DNA from: Candidatus Buchananbacteria bacterium
GTDB lineage: Bacteria > Patescibacteriota > Patescibacteriia > Buchananbacterales > UBA6539
Length of the DNA: 47,469 nucleotides
Assembly: GCA_013359225.1 (NCBI GenBank)
Contig: JABWCG010000002.1
Span: 1 to 47,469, forward strand
Direction of reading: 5' to 3'
In this document: one piece after another, positions 25,212-34,280 of the stretch
Position numbering within the stretch: the first letter of the stretch is position 1
Layout of the letters: every line of letters begins with the position of its first letter
Notes under the pieces: model-generated
Told to the model about the DNA's origin: nothing
The model's input: only the letters and a program-made list of their open reading frames with translations
Database searches by the model: none
Translations under genes and position numbers: made by a program

Positions 25212-26399
25212 ATGTCACATAAGCAAGCATTAATTGATGAAATTTTAACCCGCGGCGTGGAAAATATTTATCCCAATCCACAAGCTTTGGAACAAGCTTT
25301 AAAGTCGGGTAAAAAGCTTACTTTATACTGCGGATATGACCCAAATTCACCAACTTTGCATATTGGTCATGGCATTACGGTGAGAAAATTGGCAAAATTT
25401 TTGGCGCTGGGCCATAAGGTCATTTTTTTGTTTGGAGACTTCACCGGCCAGATTGGCGACCCCGACAAATTAAGCGTTCGCGAGCAGATCACTCATCAGC
25501 AGGTTTTAAAAAACTTAGCCGGCTGGAAAAAGCAGATTAAGAATTTAATTGATATTGACAAGGTTGAGTTTCGGTTTAATTCCAAGTGGCTGGCGAAACT
25601 GAATTTTGCAAACCTTATTGATATTGCTAAGCATTTCACTGTTCAGCAGATGTTGGACCGTGATATGTTTCAGGAGCGGCTAAAGATTAACCGCCCTATT
25701 TATTTACACGAATTTTTCTATCCGCTGATGCAGGCGTACGATTCGGTGGAAATGAATGTTGATTTGGAAGTTGGTGGCAACGATCAGACTTTTAATATGT
25801 TGGCCGGCCGGACATTAATGAAGGCAATGACGGGCAAAGAAAAAATGGTTTTAACCATGAAACTGCTGGAAGACCCGACTGGCAAGAAGATGGGTAAATC
25901 GGAAGGCAATATGATTACGCTGGCGGATTCACCAGAAGAGGTATACGGAAAAGTTATGAGCTGGACTGACGCAATGATTTTACCGGCTTTTGAAATTTTG
26001 ACGGATGTACCGTTAACGGAAATGGAACAGATTAAGCAAGAATTAGCTGCCGGTCAAAACCCCAAAATTTTTAAGATGCAGTTGGCATATCAGGTAGTTA
26101 AGATTTATCACGGTCAAGCAGCTGCTACTGACGCCGAGCAAAATTTTAAGCAGGTTTTTGAGGATGGCTTGCGTCCCGATGAAATGCCGGTGGTGAAAAC
26201 CAAGGTACGCGATATTATTGATGTGCTGGTGGCTACGAAATTAGCGGCTTCAAAATCGGAAGCCAGACGGCTTTTGGCGCAGGGTGCAGTGAAAGTGGAC
26301 GGTAAAAAGATAACTGACGAAAATTATACTATCAAAAACATTGGCTCAGACGGCGTTGTTATTCAAAAAGGCAAGCGTCACTTTGCCAAAATCATTTAA
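25212..26399 (+). CDS. tyrS: Tyrosyl-tRNA synthetase
   Basis: YCGYDPNSPTLHIGHG (HIGH), KMGKS, and the C-terminal S4 domain SEARRLLAQGAVKVDG. Confidence 0.9.
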   Translation: MSHKQALIDEILTRGVENIYPNPQALEQALKSGKKLTLYCGYDPNSPTLHIGHGITVRKLAKFLALGHKVIFLFGDFTGQIGDPDKLSVREQITHQQVLKNLAGWKKQIKNLIDIDKVEFRFNSKWLAKLNFANLIDIAKHFTVQQMLDRDMFQERLKINRPIYLHEFFYPLMQAYDSVEMNVDLEVGGNDQTFNMLAGRTLMKAMTGKEKMVLTMKLLEDPTGKKMGKSEGNMITLADSPEEVYGKVMSWTDAMILPAFEILTDVPLTEMEQIKQELAAGQNPKIFKMQLAYQVVKIYHGQAAATDAEQNFKQVFEDGLRPDEMPVVKTKVRDIIDVLVATKLAASKSEARRLLAQGAVKVDGKKITDENYTIKNIGSDGVVIQKGKRHFAKII

Positions 26400-26411
26400 C
26401 CCTCAAACTAT

Positions 26412-26777
26412 ATGGCCCAAAAGATTTTAATCATTGAAGACGAAGAGTCGTTGATGAAAAATTTAAAGCTGGCCATTGATGGCGATTATAAAATTAGCAC
26501 CTCAATGTCGGGAGTTGAGGGTTTGGCCAAAGCTAAAAAGGAATTGCCGGATTTGATTTTGCTTGATATTATGCTGCCGGACATGAATGGCATTGAAATT
26601 TTGCAAGCTTTAAAAGCTGACGAGAAAACTGATAGTATTCCGGTGATTGTGATGACTAATTTGAGTGACCAGGGGACGGTGAGCCAGATTTTAGCCGCCG
26701 GCGGCAAAGAGTACTTGGTAAAAAGTGACTGGAGTATTGACGACATTGTCAAAAAAGTAGAAGAGACTTTAAAGTAA
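26412..26777 (+). CDS. Stand-alone response-regulator receiver domain (CheY-like)
   Basis: ILIIEDEE, phospho-acceptor LILLDIMLPDMNG and the conserved lysine in KEYLVKS. No output domain. Confidence 0.9.
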   Translation: MAQKILIIEDEESLMKNLKLAIDGDYKISTSMSGVEGLAKAKKELPDLILLDIMLPDMNGIEILQALKADEKTDSIPVIVMTNLSDQGTVSQILAAGGKEYLVKSDWSIDDIVKKVEETLK

Positions 26778-26800
26778 AATATCCGAATTATAAAGATTAA

Positions 26801-26824
26801 CAAGGGCTTAGGGCCCTTGTTTTA
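26801..26824 (+). terminator. Intrinsic terminator
   Basis: CAAGGGC-TTAGG-GCCCTTG followed by TTTT. Confidence 0.75.
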
Positions 26825-26826
26825 TA

Positions 26827-26855
26827 TTGACAAAATTATCTTTTTATGTTATATT
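26827..26855 (+). promoter_or_regulatory. Extended -10 sigma70-type promoter
   Basis: TTGACA (26827-26832), a 17-nt spacer ending TGT, then TATATT (26850-26855). Confidence 0.55.
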
Positions 26856-26897
26856 GTTGATAACTTTAGTGCCAACCTACAAGGAGGATCAAGCACT

Positions 26898-27242
26898 ATG
26901 CCAAGGCAGGACATGCATTTGTACGAAGTGGCGAAGGAGGTCGCGAAAGCCGTCGAGTTACTCGGCAGTACCAAGGACGATTTGAGTCCGCCGGAGCTCG
27001 GTCGCGAGATCGGCATCATCGTTCGGCAGGTGCAGGAGCACCAGCTTGAAATGAAGCACGTGCTCGCCGCCGGCCAGAGCGAAACGTTCGAGGAGTTTCT
27101 CGAAGCGCTCGACAACGTCGGGGACGTGCCGGATAACGTAGTTTATCCGATCTGTGCCACCCGGGACGGCAGCCTGATTCGGAAGGAATCATCCCCCGAA
27201 ACCGGATGTATCCATCCGACCCGGCACGCCGCCAACCAATAA
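26898..27242 (+). CDS. Hypothetical protein (114 aa) on a GC-rich islet
   Basis: AAGGAGGA lies 8 nt upstream of ATG 26898. The track start 26817 overlaps the promoter and was trimmed. No recognisable family. Confidence 0.55.
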   Translation: MPRQDMHLYEVAKEVAKAVELLGSTKDDLSPPELGREIGIIVRQVQEHQLEMKHVLAAGQSETFEEFLEALDNVGDVPDNVVYPICATRDGSLIRKESSPETGCIHPTRHAANQ

Positions 27243-27267
27243 CCTAACCGCATCCCGCCTGACCCTA

Positions 27268-27314
27268 GGACCGAACGAACGCAAAAAACGCGCTCGCTCG
27301 GTCCTCTTTCTTTT
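27268..27314 (+). terminator. Intrinsic terminator of the 26898 ORF
   Basis: A 15-nt arm GGACCGAACGAACGC pairs with GCGCTCGCTCGGTCC (2 mismatches), followed by TCTTTCTTTT. Confidence 0.55.
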
Positions 27315-27348
27315 AGCAAAACAAAAGGCAGGGGGTAGGCCCTGCCTT
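27311..27348 (-). terminator. Intrinsic terminator for minus-strand transcription (MFS-GT4 unit)
   Basis: 9-bp stem AAGGCAGGG/CCCTGCCTT, followed on the minus strand by TTGTTTTGCT. Confidence 0.6.
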
Positions 27349-27362
27349 GAGTACGGCGGTTA

Positions 27363-27521
27363 CTAACAGTTATCGTCCTGTTTTGCTCGCCGGTCAATAA
27401 AACGGTAATATTGCTGGAAGTGTCGTTTCCAAAGTTTATCGTCAGCATCGCACATAACCTCTACGCTTGATTTGCGATTTTCAGGCTTGGCTAGCTGCTG
27501 TAAACTTTGTACCCCCTGCAT
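27363..27521 (-). CDS. Possible small ORF (52 aa, or 30 aa from the internal ATG)
   Basis: MQGVQSLQQLAKPENRKSSVEVMCDADDKLWKRHFQQYYRFIDRRAKQDDNC. It lies between the GT4 stop and the minus-strand terminator. The internal ATG at 27455 has GAGG 4 nt upstream. Confidence 0.25.
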   Translation of the reverse strand: MQGVQSLQQLAKPENRKSSVEVMCDADDKLWKRHFQQYYRFIDRRAKQDDNC

Positions 27522-27549
27522 ATAATTAGACGCGCCAGATCAGGAAATA

Positions 27550-28689
27550 TTACACTAGTAAGTTTTCATATGACTTTATTAGCTTTTCAAAAGCGGCGGC
27601 CCAAGTTTTATCCTGTACCGATGTTATAGCCGCTTGACTCATTGCTAGCTTTTTATCGTGGTTAGTAATGAGATAATTAATAGCCTGGTTAAAATCTTTA
27701 ACATTAGGCTTGGCAATAAGTCCGGTTTTTTGGTGTTTGATCAGCTCTTGGGGCCCGCCTTGGGTGGTAACAATGGCGGGCAGGCCGCAGGCTTGTGCTT
27801 CAAGAATGACGTTGCCAAATGTATCGGTCATGGACGGAAAAATAAAAAAATCAGCGCTGGCATAGATTTCACTTAATTTTTTGCCGGTGAGATAACCAAA
27901 AAATTTTGCATTTGGCAGCTGTGATTTCAAGCCGGCGGTGTATGGTCCGTCGCCGGCTAACCACAGCTTAACGTCAGCTCGCCGCTTAAAAATTTCTACC
28001 AGCAAGTCCAAGTTTTTTTCGGTTGATAGTCTTCCGACATACAAAGCAATCGGCTGATGTTCTTTGAGTCGCGGATTTTTATATTTCGGGTTGAATATTT
28101 TAGTATCAACGCCGCGAGGAAAGATTTCAATTCGGGGATGAAACCCGGTTAATTTATTTTTTAGTATCAGGCTTGGCACCAGCAGTAAATCGGTTTTGGA
28201 GTAAAACCATTTTAGCAGCTGCCAGACCATGATTTGTGACAGATCGGCGACCGGATTTTTGATGGTTTGTGGTAATACCTTCAAGCTACTGCTAGTCCAG
28301 CTTTTGATATATTCATCAAGCATGGTGTGAAACACTCCTACCTTTGGCGCGTTGCTATTTGCTAATAGTATCGTGGCGGCTAACCCCAGCGAGCCGGGAG
28401 TGGCAAGGTGAAAAATATCGTATTGGTTGGGGTTAAAATTTTTTTTGAAGTGCGGTGAAATAATTCTAGTATCAAATGGCGGTAGGTCATAGTAATATTT
28501 GACCGGCCAGACTGCGGGTGATTCAATAATTCGAACCGATCCCTTGGTGGTGACGCGCGCCTTTTCACCAATGGTAAAAACGTCCAGCGTAATTTTTTTG
28601 GCTTGGCACCAGCGGGCAAAATGCTGGTAGGTTTTACTGACGCCGTTAACGCTGTAAAAACAGTCAGTAATTAAAGCGATTTTGATCAT
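27550..28689 (-). CDS. GT4-family (group 1) glycosyltransferase
   Basis: MIKIALITD start, GRLSTEKN, and EAQACGLPAIVTTQGGPQELI (the E-x7-E region). Trimmed from the track start 28818, which overlaps the MFS gene. Confidence 0.85.
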   Translation of the reverse strand: MIKIALITDCFYSVNGVSKTYQHFARWCQAKKITLDVFTIGEKARVTTKGSVRIIESPAVWPVKYYYDLPPFDTRIISPHFKKNFNPNQYDIFHLATPGSLGLAATILLANSNAPKVGVFHTMLDEYIKSWTSSSLKVLPQTIKNPVADLSQIMVWQLLKWFYSKTDLLLVPSLILKNKLTGFHPRIEIFPRGVDTKIFNPKYKNPRLKEHQPIALYVGRLSTEKNLDLLVEIFKRRADVKLWLAGDGPYTAGLKSQLPNAKFFGYLTGKKLSEIYASADFFIFPSMTDTFGNVILEAQACGLPAIVTTQGGPQELIKHQKTGLIAKPNVKDFNQAINYLITNHDKKLAMSQAAITSVQDKTWAAAFEKLIKSYENLLV

Positions 28690-28708
28690 ACTGTAAAGTG
28701 TGACATGT

Positions 28709-30127
28709 TTAGAAATATCGGATTCGTTCCCGACGATATAAACCGAGTTTTTTGCGCAGGACGTTTGCTTGCCGCAGCGGATAGGTAGTGGCGTGGAATG
28801 TTTCATGGAGCGGAGCAATTTCTTTTAAGTAACTGAGCGGATTTTTTTGGGCGGCATGCTCGTATGAACGGACTTCTTTGATTTTTGGCAGCACTGCTAC
28901 CATGACTATTAATCTAACCAGCCCAGATAACAAAAACAGCATAATAAAAACACCGCTGCCTCCAAAATTCAAGAACTGGGTGATGACGCCGCCAAGAACC
29001 GCGCCGGCAAAAATTCCAATACCGCTTAGCAGGTTATAGTAGGCAACCATTAGGGCGCGGCGGGTTGGTTCAACCGAATCATAGATGAAGTTTGATGATG
29101 ACAGATTAAACGCCGACCATCCCAGTCCGGCGACAAGCTGGGTGACAAAAATTAAAAATAAGGGGTTGGCGCTGACAGACCATAATAGCGGCACCAACAA
29201 TAAAATTAAACTGCCGACTTTTACGGTTTCGCGGTTGCCGTATTTTTCAGAAAATCGTCCCCAGACAGGAAAGAATAGCAACATAAAAATGCTTACTGAA
29301 ACGTTAACAGCAGCAAACCATAGCGGATTAAGCTTTAGAATTTTCCACATGTAGACCGCGTAAAATGGCCCGGCAATATTGGTGCCAAACATAATCAGCG
29401 CGACGTAGAGCGAGAACCGATTAAAATTAAAATAACGAATTTTTCTTAAGAATTGCCAGAAAGAAAAGTAGTAGTTTTTTTCTAATGTTAGATCTTCAAT
29501 ATAATGGCGGCGAAACATTAACGCTGAAATAAACCGGCTCAAGCCGGCAACGCCAAAGATGATGATAAATCCGTAGATGATTTCAAATTGTTGGAGATAG
29601 TAAAGCAAGAGTGCCCCGAGAATGGTGGCGCTAACCGAGAAGATGCCGGCAACCTTGTTGCGAAACGAGAAATAGCGGCCGCGGATATTTTCCGGTACGG
29701 CGTCACCCATAAGCGAAAACCACGCCGGACCGGCGAGCGAGCCGGTTAAGTTATATAAAACGTATGCCCCAATGAACAGGGGAACAAGATAGAGATTTTT
29801 GCCGCTGGCTAAAAATATCCAACCAATTGATGCTAAGAGAAAACAGGCTAATACTTGAGCCCCCACGCCCCAGAGGACAATTTTTTTCCGGTGCCATTTT
29901 TCAAGCAAGCGGCTGCCGATTAATTGGGCAAGCGGCCCGAGGAGGTTGGCAAAGCTTGCCAGTAATCCCGCCTCAAGGTTGGTGGCTTTAAGCTCTAGGG
30001 CGTAGGGCGTAATGTTATTTTCTACGCAGCCGACCATTACTGATGCCGCCGCGCCTTCTTTAACAGACAGTTTTCTGGTTTGGGCGAACAGTTTGGATTT
30101 AGATTTTTTTGAAGCTACGTCTGCCAT
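28709..30127 (-). CDS. MFS-type transporter
   Basis: About 12 predicted hydrophobic helices across 472 aa, with a loop RGRYFSFRNK resembling the MFS motif A position. Confidence 0.7.
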   Translation of the reverse strand: MADVASKKSKSKLFAQTRKLSVKEGAAASVMVGCVENNITPYALELKATNLEAGLLASFANLLGPLAQLIGSRLLEKWHRKKIVLWGVGAQVLACFLLASIGWIFLASGKNLYLVPLFIGAYVLYNLTGSLAGPAWFSLMGDAVPENIRGRYFSFRNKVAGIFSVSATILGALLLYYLQQFEIIYGFIIIFGVAGLSRFISALMFRRHYIEDLTLEKNYYFSFWQFLRKIRYFNFNRFSLYVALIMFGTNIAGPFYAVYMWKILKLNPLWFAAVNVSVSIFMLLFFPVWGRFSEKYGNRETVKVGSLILLLVPLLWSVSANPLFLIFVTQLVAGLGWSAFNLSSSNFIYDSVEPTRRALMVAYYNLLSGIGIFAGAVLGGVITQFLNFGGSGVFIMLFLLSGLVRLIVMVAVLPKIKEVRSYEHAAQKNPLSYLKEIAPLHETFHATTYPLRQANVLRKKLGLYRRERIRYF

Positions 30128-30327
30128 AAATCGTCATTTTAAGGACAAAAGGCTATTCTAGTATAAAAATTTTAACACGTCTATTGATATATATGAATAT
30201 GGCTGTAAGAATTTTTGGTTAATTCCGTCTCTTATTATAGAACCTTCGTTTAAAGGGCCAAGAATGGTATGATAATAGGGTAATTAGCAATTGACTATCA
30301 TTAATTAACTAATTAATAATCAATACT

Positions 30328-31614
30328 ATGATTAAAAAAATTTTTTTGTCATTAGCGACAATAGCCATGGTACTATCCATGACTATTAGTCCGGTTTTGG
30401 CGGCCGAAACCGCTGATCCAAATCTTGGGGCAGTAGTTAAAATCGCCGATAGCGATACCTTGTATTACATCGCGGCCGACGGCAAACGGTATGTGTATCC
30501 CAATGAAAAAATTTATAAAAGTTGGTTTTTTGATTTTTCAGAAGTTAAAACCATTAGTGCCGAGGATCTGGCAAAATATCCGCTGAATGGTAACATTCGC
30601 TATCGCCCCGGTGTGATTTTAATTAAGGTGCAGACCGACCCTAAGGTGTATGCCGTTGGGCAAGGAGGCATATTGCGCTGGATTAAAAATGAATTGTTGG
30701 CCAAGAAGTTGTACGGTGATAACTGGGCATCATTGATTGACGATCTGCCGGCATCATTTTTTGCTAATTACCAGGTTGGTGAAGATATTGATGATGATGC
30801 CGATTATGATGCTGATGACGAGGCTGAAAACACTGATACGGTTGAAAAAGATCGTGGCTTGCATTTAGGGCAGTTTATTGTGGGGAAAAAATCAAACACC
30901 ATTCGCTGTCGAGTTATTAGCCGTGTTCGATCATTGATGTCAGATCATTCAAAGCGTTTTGATAATTTGTTTGAACGAATCTGTAAGCCAGATGATGATG
31001 ACGACGATGATGATCAGGCCGACAAGACAGCGCCGGTAATCAGTGATGTATCGGTAACAGCATCAACTACTTCAGCTGTTATTAGCTGGAAGACTGATGA
31101 ATTAGCAACCAGCAAAGTTACTTATGCCACTGAGCCGAAGGGTTCGGCCGATGATACCGACAGCGTGGTTAAAAAGAATTTAGTTACTAATCACGCCATT
31201 AAATTAACCGGACTGACCGCCAGCACCACTTACTACTTTATTGTTGAATCAAACGATGCTAATGGCAATAAGGCTACGACAACTGAAAAAATGTTTACGA
31301 CCTCAGCCGTTCCTCCGGCTGACGTAACGGCGCCAGTCATTAGCAATATTTCAGTTTCCGCTTCGACCACTTTTGCTCTGGTGAGTTGGACCACTAATGA
31401 AGCGGCATCAAGCCAGATTGAATATGCGGTTGAATCACTAAGTACAGCTAGTACGACAATTAAAGTTGAAAATAGCAGTCTTGTTACCAACCATTCGTTG
31501 AATGTGTCAAGTTTGACTGCCAGTACAACGTACTACTTTATTATTGAGTCAAAAGACGCTAGTAACAATAAAGCAACTTCAACTCAGCAGGTATTTACGA
31601 CTCTAGGACAGTAG
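30328..31614 (+). CDS. Secreted protein with acidic linkers and two fibronectin-III-like repeats
   Basis: Signal peptide MIKKIFLSLATIAMVLSMTISPVLA. Poly-Asp run DDDDDDDD. Two ~95-aa repeats APVIS.VSV.AST...SW.T.E...S...YA...LT.LTASTTYYFI.ES.DA.GNKAT. Confidence 0.75.
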   Translation: MIKKIFLSLATIAMVLSMTISPVLAAETADPNLGAVVKIADSDTLYYIAADGKRYVYPNEKIYKSWFFDFSEVKTISAEDLAKYPLNGNIRYRPGVILIKVQTDPKVYAVGQGGILRWIKNELLAKKLYGDNWASLIDDLPASFFANYQVGEDIDDDADYDADDEAENTDTVEKDRGLHLGQFIVGKKSNTIRCRVISRVRSLMSDHSKRFDNLFERICKPDDDDDDDDQADKTAPVISDVSVTASTTSAVISWKTDELATSKVTYATEPKGSADDTDSVVKKNLVTNHAIKLTGLTASTTYYFIVESNDANGNKATTTEKMFTTSAVPPADVTAPVISNISVSASTTFALVSWTTNEAASSQIEYAVESLSTASTTIKVENSSLVTNHSLNVSSLTASTTYYFIIESKDASNNKATSTQQVFTTLGQ

Positions 31615-31641
31615 GTACCCGGGTAACTACCATTTAGTAAA

Positions 31642-31673
31642 ATTAGCCCCCAAGGCGGGGCTAATTTTATTTT
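31642..31673 (+). terminator. Intrinsic terminator
   Basis: ATTAGCCCC-CAAGGC-GGGGCTAAT followed by a T-rich tail. Confidence 0.75.
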
Positions 31674-31757
31674 GAACTGAAAGGTTTTTTGATTAAAGGC
31701 GTACTACCAATGTGTGGAGGGTGATATATCTTAAAAGCTAATTAATAAAAAAATCAG

Positions 31758-31812
31758 CTGTAGTATATAGTAACCCCCGTTAGTCACTACAGCCTAGCGG
31801 GGGTTACTATAT
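31758..31812 (+). promoter_or_regulatory. 14-bp perfect inverted repeat with a competing stem, abutting the SD of the adaptor gene
   Basis: TATAGTAACCCCCG (31766-31779) pairs with CGGGGGTTACTATA (31798-31811). CTGTAGT (31758-31764) can alternatively pair with ACTACAG (31786-31792). Confidence 0.5.
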
Positions 31813-31822
31813 GAGGAAATAT

Positions 31823-33571
31823 ATGGGAAAATTTATAAAATTTATCGGACGGCACAAGGGTATGTTTACTGTTGGAGTAGCTGTTTTAGGTGTTGGCAGT
31901 TATTTTGGATACCAATATTTTTTGAATCAGACAGCCACGTCTGAAGTGACGTATGTGACGTCTGAAGTGACAAGGGGTAACATTGTTTCGGCTGTTTCGG
32001 GTACTGGTTTAGTATCAGTTTCCAATCAGGTTGAGTTAAAGCCTGATGCTTCAGGTAAGATTGTTTATTTAAACATTAAAGCCGGACAAGAAGTCAAAAA
32101 AGGTGATTTGTTGGCTCAGCTTGATGCGACTGATGCCGTCCAGAGCGTTCGCGATGCTAAAGATAATCTTGAGAGTGCTAAATTAGCGTTAGAAAAGTTG
32201 ACGGCGCCGATTGATGAATTAGATATTGTCAAAGCTAAAAATAGTCTGGCAAAAGCCGAAGAGGCACTGCCGAATGCCCAGGATGATTTAGCGAAAGCAT
32301 ATGAAGATGGCTATAACGACGTGGCGAATGTTTTTTTGGATTTGCCAAATATTATGTCGGGCCTGGAAAACATCTTGTTTGGGTATGAGTTTAAAGATGG
32401 ACAGTGGAATATTGATTATTATAAAACGGTTGGTAAGCTGTATGACGAGGGTATTGAGGCATATGCCGATGCCGCACGTCTTAGCTATGATGCCGCCCGC
32501 GAAAGCTATGAAAAAAATTTTGATGACTATAAAGCCGCTAGTCGGCTTTCTGATCAGGAAACCGTTGCCGGTCTAATTGATGAAACATATGCTACGCTAA
32601 AAAGCGCTTCCGAAGCTATAAAGAAAACTAAAAACTTTTTAGATTTTTATGAAGACACTTTAACTAAGAAGAATGTTGAGGTATCTTCTAAGACGCAGGC
32701 CCACCAAACCAGTCTGGAAAATTATACAGGCACAACCAATGGACACTTGTCACAGATGTCGTCTGACCAAAATAGTATTGACGCGGCCCAGGAGGATATT
32801 ATTAATGCCCAGCGCACTATTCAGGAACAGCAGGGTGCTTTAGATGATTTGTTGGCGGGTGTTGATCCGCTTGACGTTCGGTCTCAGGAATTGACAATTA
32901 AACAGCGTGAAAGTTCATTGCAATCTGCTCAACAAAAATTGGCTGATTATTACGTCCGTGCGCCGTTTGACGGCGTCATTGCTGAAGCAACCGCCCAGCT
33001 TGGCGAATCGGCTTCTTCCGGAACTTCCATTGCGACTCTAATAACCAAACAAAAAATTGCCGAGGTGACGCTCAATGAAATTGACGCCGCTAAAGTGAAA
33101 GTCGGCCAGCGGGCAACACTAACGTTTGATGCGGTGTCTGACTTGTCAATTACTGGTGAAGTAGTGGAAATTGACACGTTGGGAGAAGTATCGCAGGGCG
33201 TAGTGAGTTATGGTATTAAAATTGGTTTTGATGTACAAGATGATCGGGTTAAGCCGGGAATGAGCGCTAGCGTGAGTATTATTATTGAATCACGACAAAA
33301 TGTTTTGACCGTTCCCAGCGGTGCGGTAAAGAATTCGACAGGTAGCAGCTACGTGGAAGTGCTAGTTGACGGCGTACCGCAACAAAAAACCATTATTCTT
33401 GGTATTAGTGACGATACCGCCGTTGAAGTTACCGATGGGCTGGTTGAAGGTGATCGGGTTATTACGTCGCAAAAAACCGGCTCTAGTAGCCAGTCTTCAC
33501 AATCAAACAGCACTAATTCGGGCCCTGGCGGCAACGATGCAATGCGAGGCATGATGCAGTTGACTCGGTAA
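31823..33571 (+). CDS. HlyD/MacA-type periplasmic adaptor (membrane-fusion) protein
   Basis: N-terminal TM, lipoyl-like GDLLAQLD, a long coiled-coil hairpin and beta-barrel domains. GAGG lies 6 nt upstream of ATG 31823. Confidence 0.8.
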   Translation: MGKFIKFIGRHKGMFTVGVAVLGVGSYFGYQYFLNQTATSEVTYVTSEVTRGNIVSAVSGTGLVSVSNQVELKPDASGKIVYLNIKAGQEVKKGDLLAQLDATDAVQSVRDAKDNLESAKLALEKLTAPIDELDIVKAKNSLAKAEEALPNAQDDLAKAYEDGYNDVANVFLDLPNIMSGLENILFGYEFKDGQWNIDYYKTVGKLYDEGIEAYADAARLSYDAARESYEKNFDDYKAASRLSDQETVAGLIDETYATLKSASEAIKKTKNFLDFYEDTLTKKNVEVSSKTQAHQTSLENYTGTTNGHLSQMSSDQNSIDAAQEDIINAQRTIQEQQGALDDLLAGVDPLDVRSQELTIKQRESSLQSAQQKLADYYVRAPFDGVIAEATAQLGESASSGTSIATLITKQKIAEVTLNEIDAAKVKVGQRATLTFDAVSDLSITGEVVEIDTLGEVSQGVVSYGIKIGFDVQDDRVKPGMSASVSIIIESRQNVLTVPSGAVKNSTGSSYVEVLVDGVPQQKTIILGISDDTAVEVTDGLVEGDRVITSQKTGSSSQSSQSNSTNSGPGGNDAMRGMMQLTR

Positions 33572-33574
33572 AAT

Positions 33575-34279
33575 ATGATTACGTGTGATCGGATTGATAA
33601 AATTTACACGACTGGTGAAAACGAATTCAAAGTTTTGAACGATATTTCATTTGAAATAAAAAAGGGAGAATTTGTGGCGATTGTTGGACCGTCCGGATCC
33701 GGAAAGTCAACACTCATGCATATTTTAGGGGCGTTGGACCGTCCAACGTCTGGCAAATATTTTTTGAATGGCAAAGATGTGTTTGAACTCTCCAATGATG
33801 AGCTGGCAGAAATTAGGTCTCAGCATATTGGTTTTGTGTTTCAATCATTTAATTTGTTGTCTCGCTCAACAGTTTTAAGAAATGTAATATTGCCGTTGAT
33901 TTATGATACTAAAATTTCCAAGTCTGACCGGCTGGCCAAAGCAAAAAACGCATTATTGGCGGCTGGATTAGAAGAAGGTCGATGGCACCATTTATCTAAC
34001 CAGCTTTCCGGCGGCCAGATGCAGCGTGTTGCCATTGCGCGAGCGTTGGTTAATGAGCCTGATTTGATTTTAGCTGATGAACCGACTGGCAACCTCGATT
34101 CAAAAACCGGCGATATCGTGTTGGAAACTTTTCAGAAATTGAATCGTGAAAAAGGCCATACGATTGTGTTGATTACTCATGAGAAATATGTTGCCGAACA
34201 TGCCGATCGGGTGATTGAAATTAAAGATGGACAAATCTCGGTTGATCGCCAGAGTCATAATTTTTTAAAAGATAAATAG
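33575..34279 (+). CDS. MacB/LolD-type ABC transporter ATP-binding protein
   Basis: Walker [10 protein letters not shown], signature [15 protein letters not shown], Walker [13 protein letters not shown]. Confidence 0.95.
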   Translation: MITCDRIDKIYTTGENEFKVLNDISFEIKKGEFVAIVGPSGSGKSTLMHILGALDRPTSGKYFLNGKDVFELSNDELAEIRSQHIGFVFQSFNLLSRSTVLRNVILPLIYDTKISKSDRLAKAKNALLAAGLEEGRWHHLSNQLSGGQMQRVAIARALVNEPDLILADEPTGNLDSKTGDIVLETFQKLNREKGHTIVLITHEKYVAEHADRVIEIKDGQISVDRQSHNFLKDK

Positions 34280-34280
34280 T

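Noticed and set aside
27143-27448. A 101-aa minus-strand track ORF.
   Set aside because: It runs through the minus-strand terminator hairpin and then antisense into the 26898-27242 ORF. Its GC-rich composition explains the open frame.
30993-31016. A GAT/GAC trinucleotide run, considered as a possible phase-variable microsatellite.
   Set aside because: It is an in-frame, imperfect mixture of GAT and GAC encoding poly-Asp. Length changes would stay in frame, so it is not an on/off switch.
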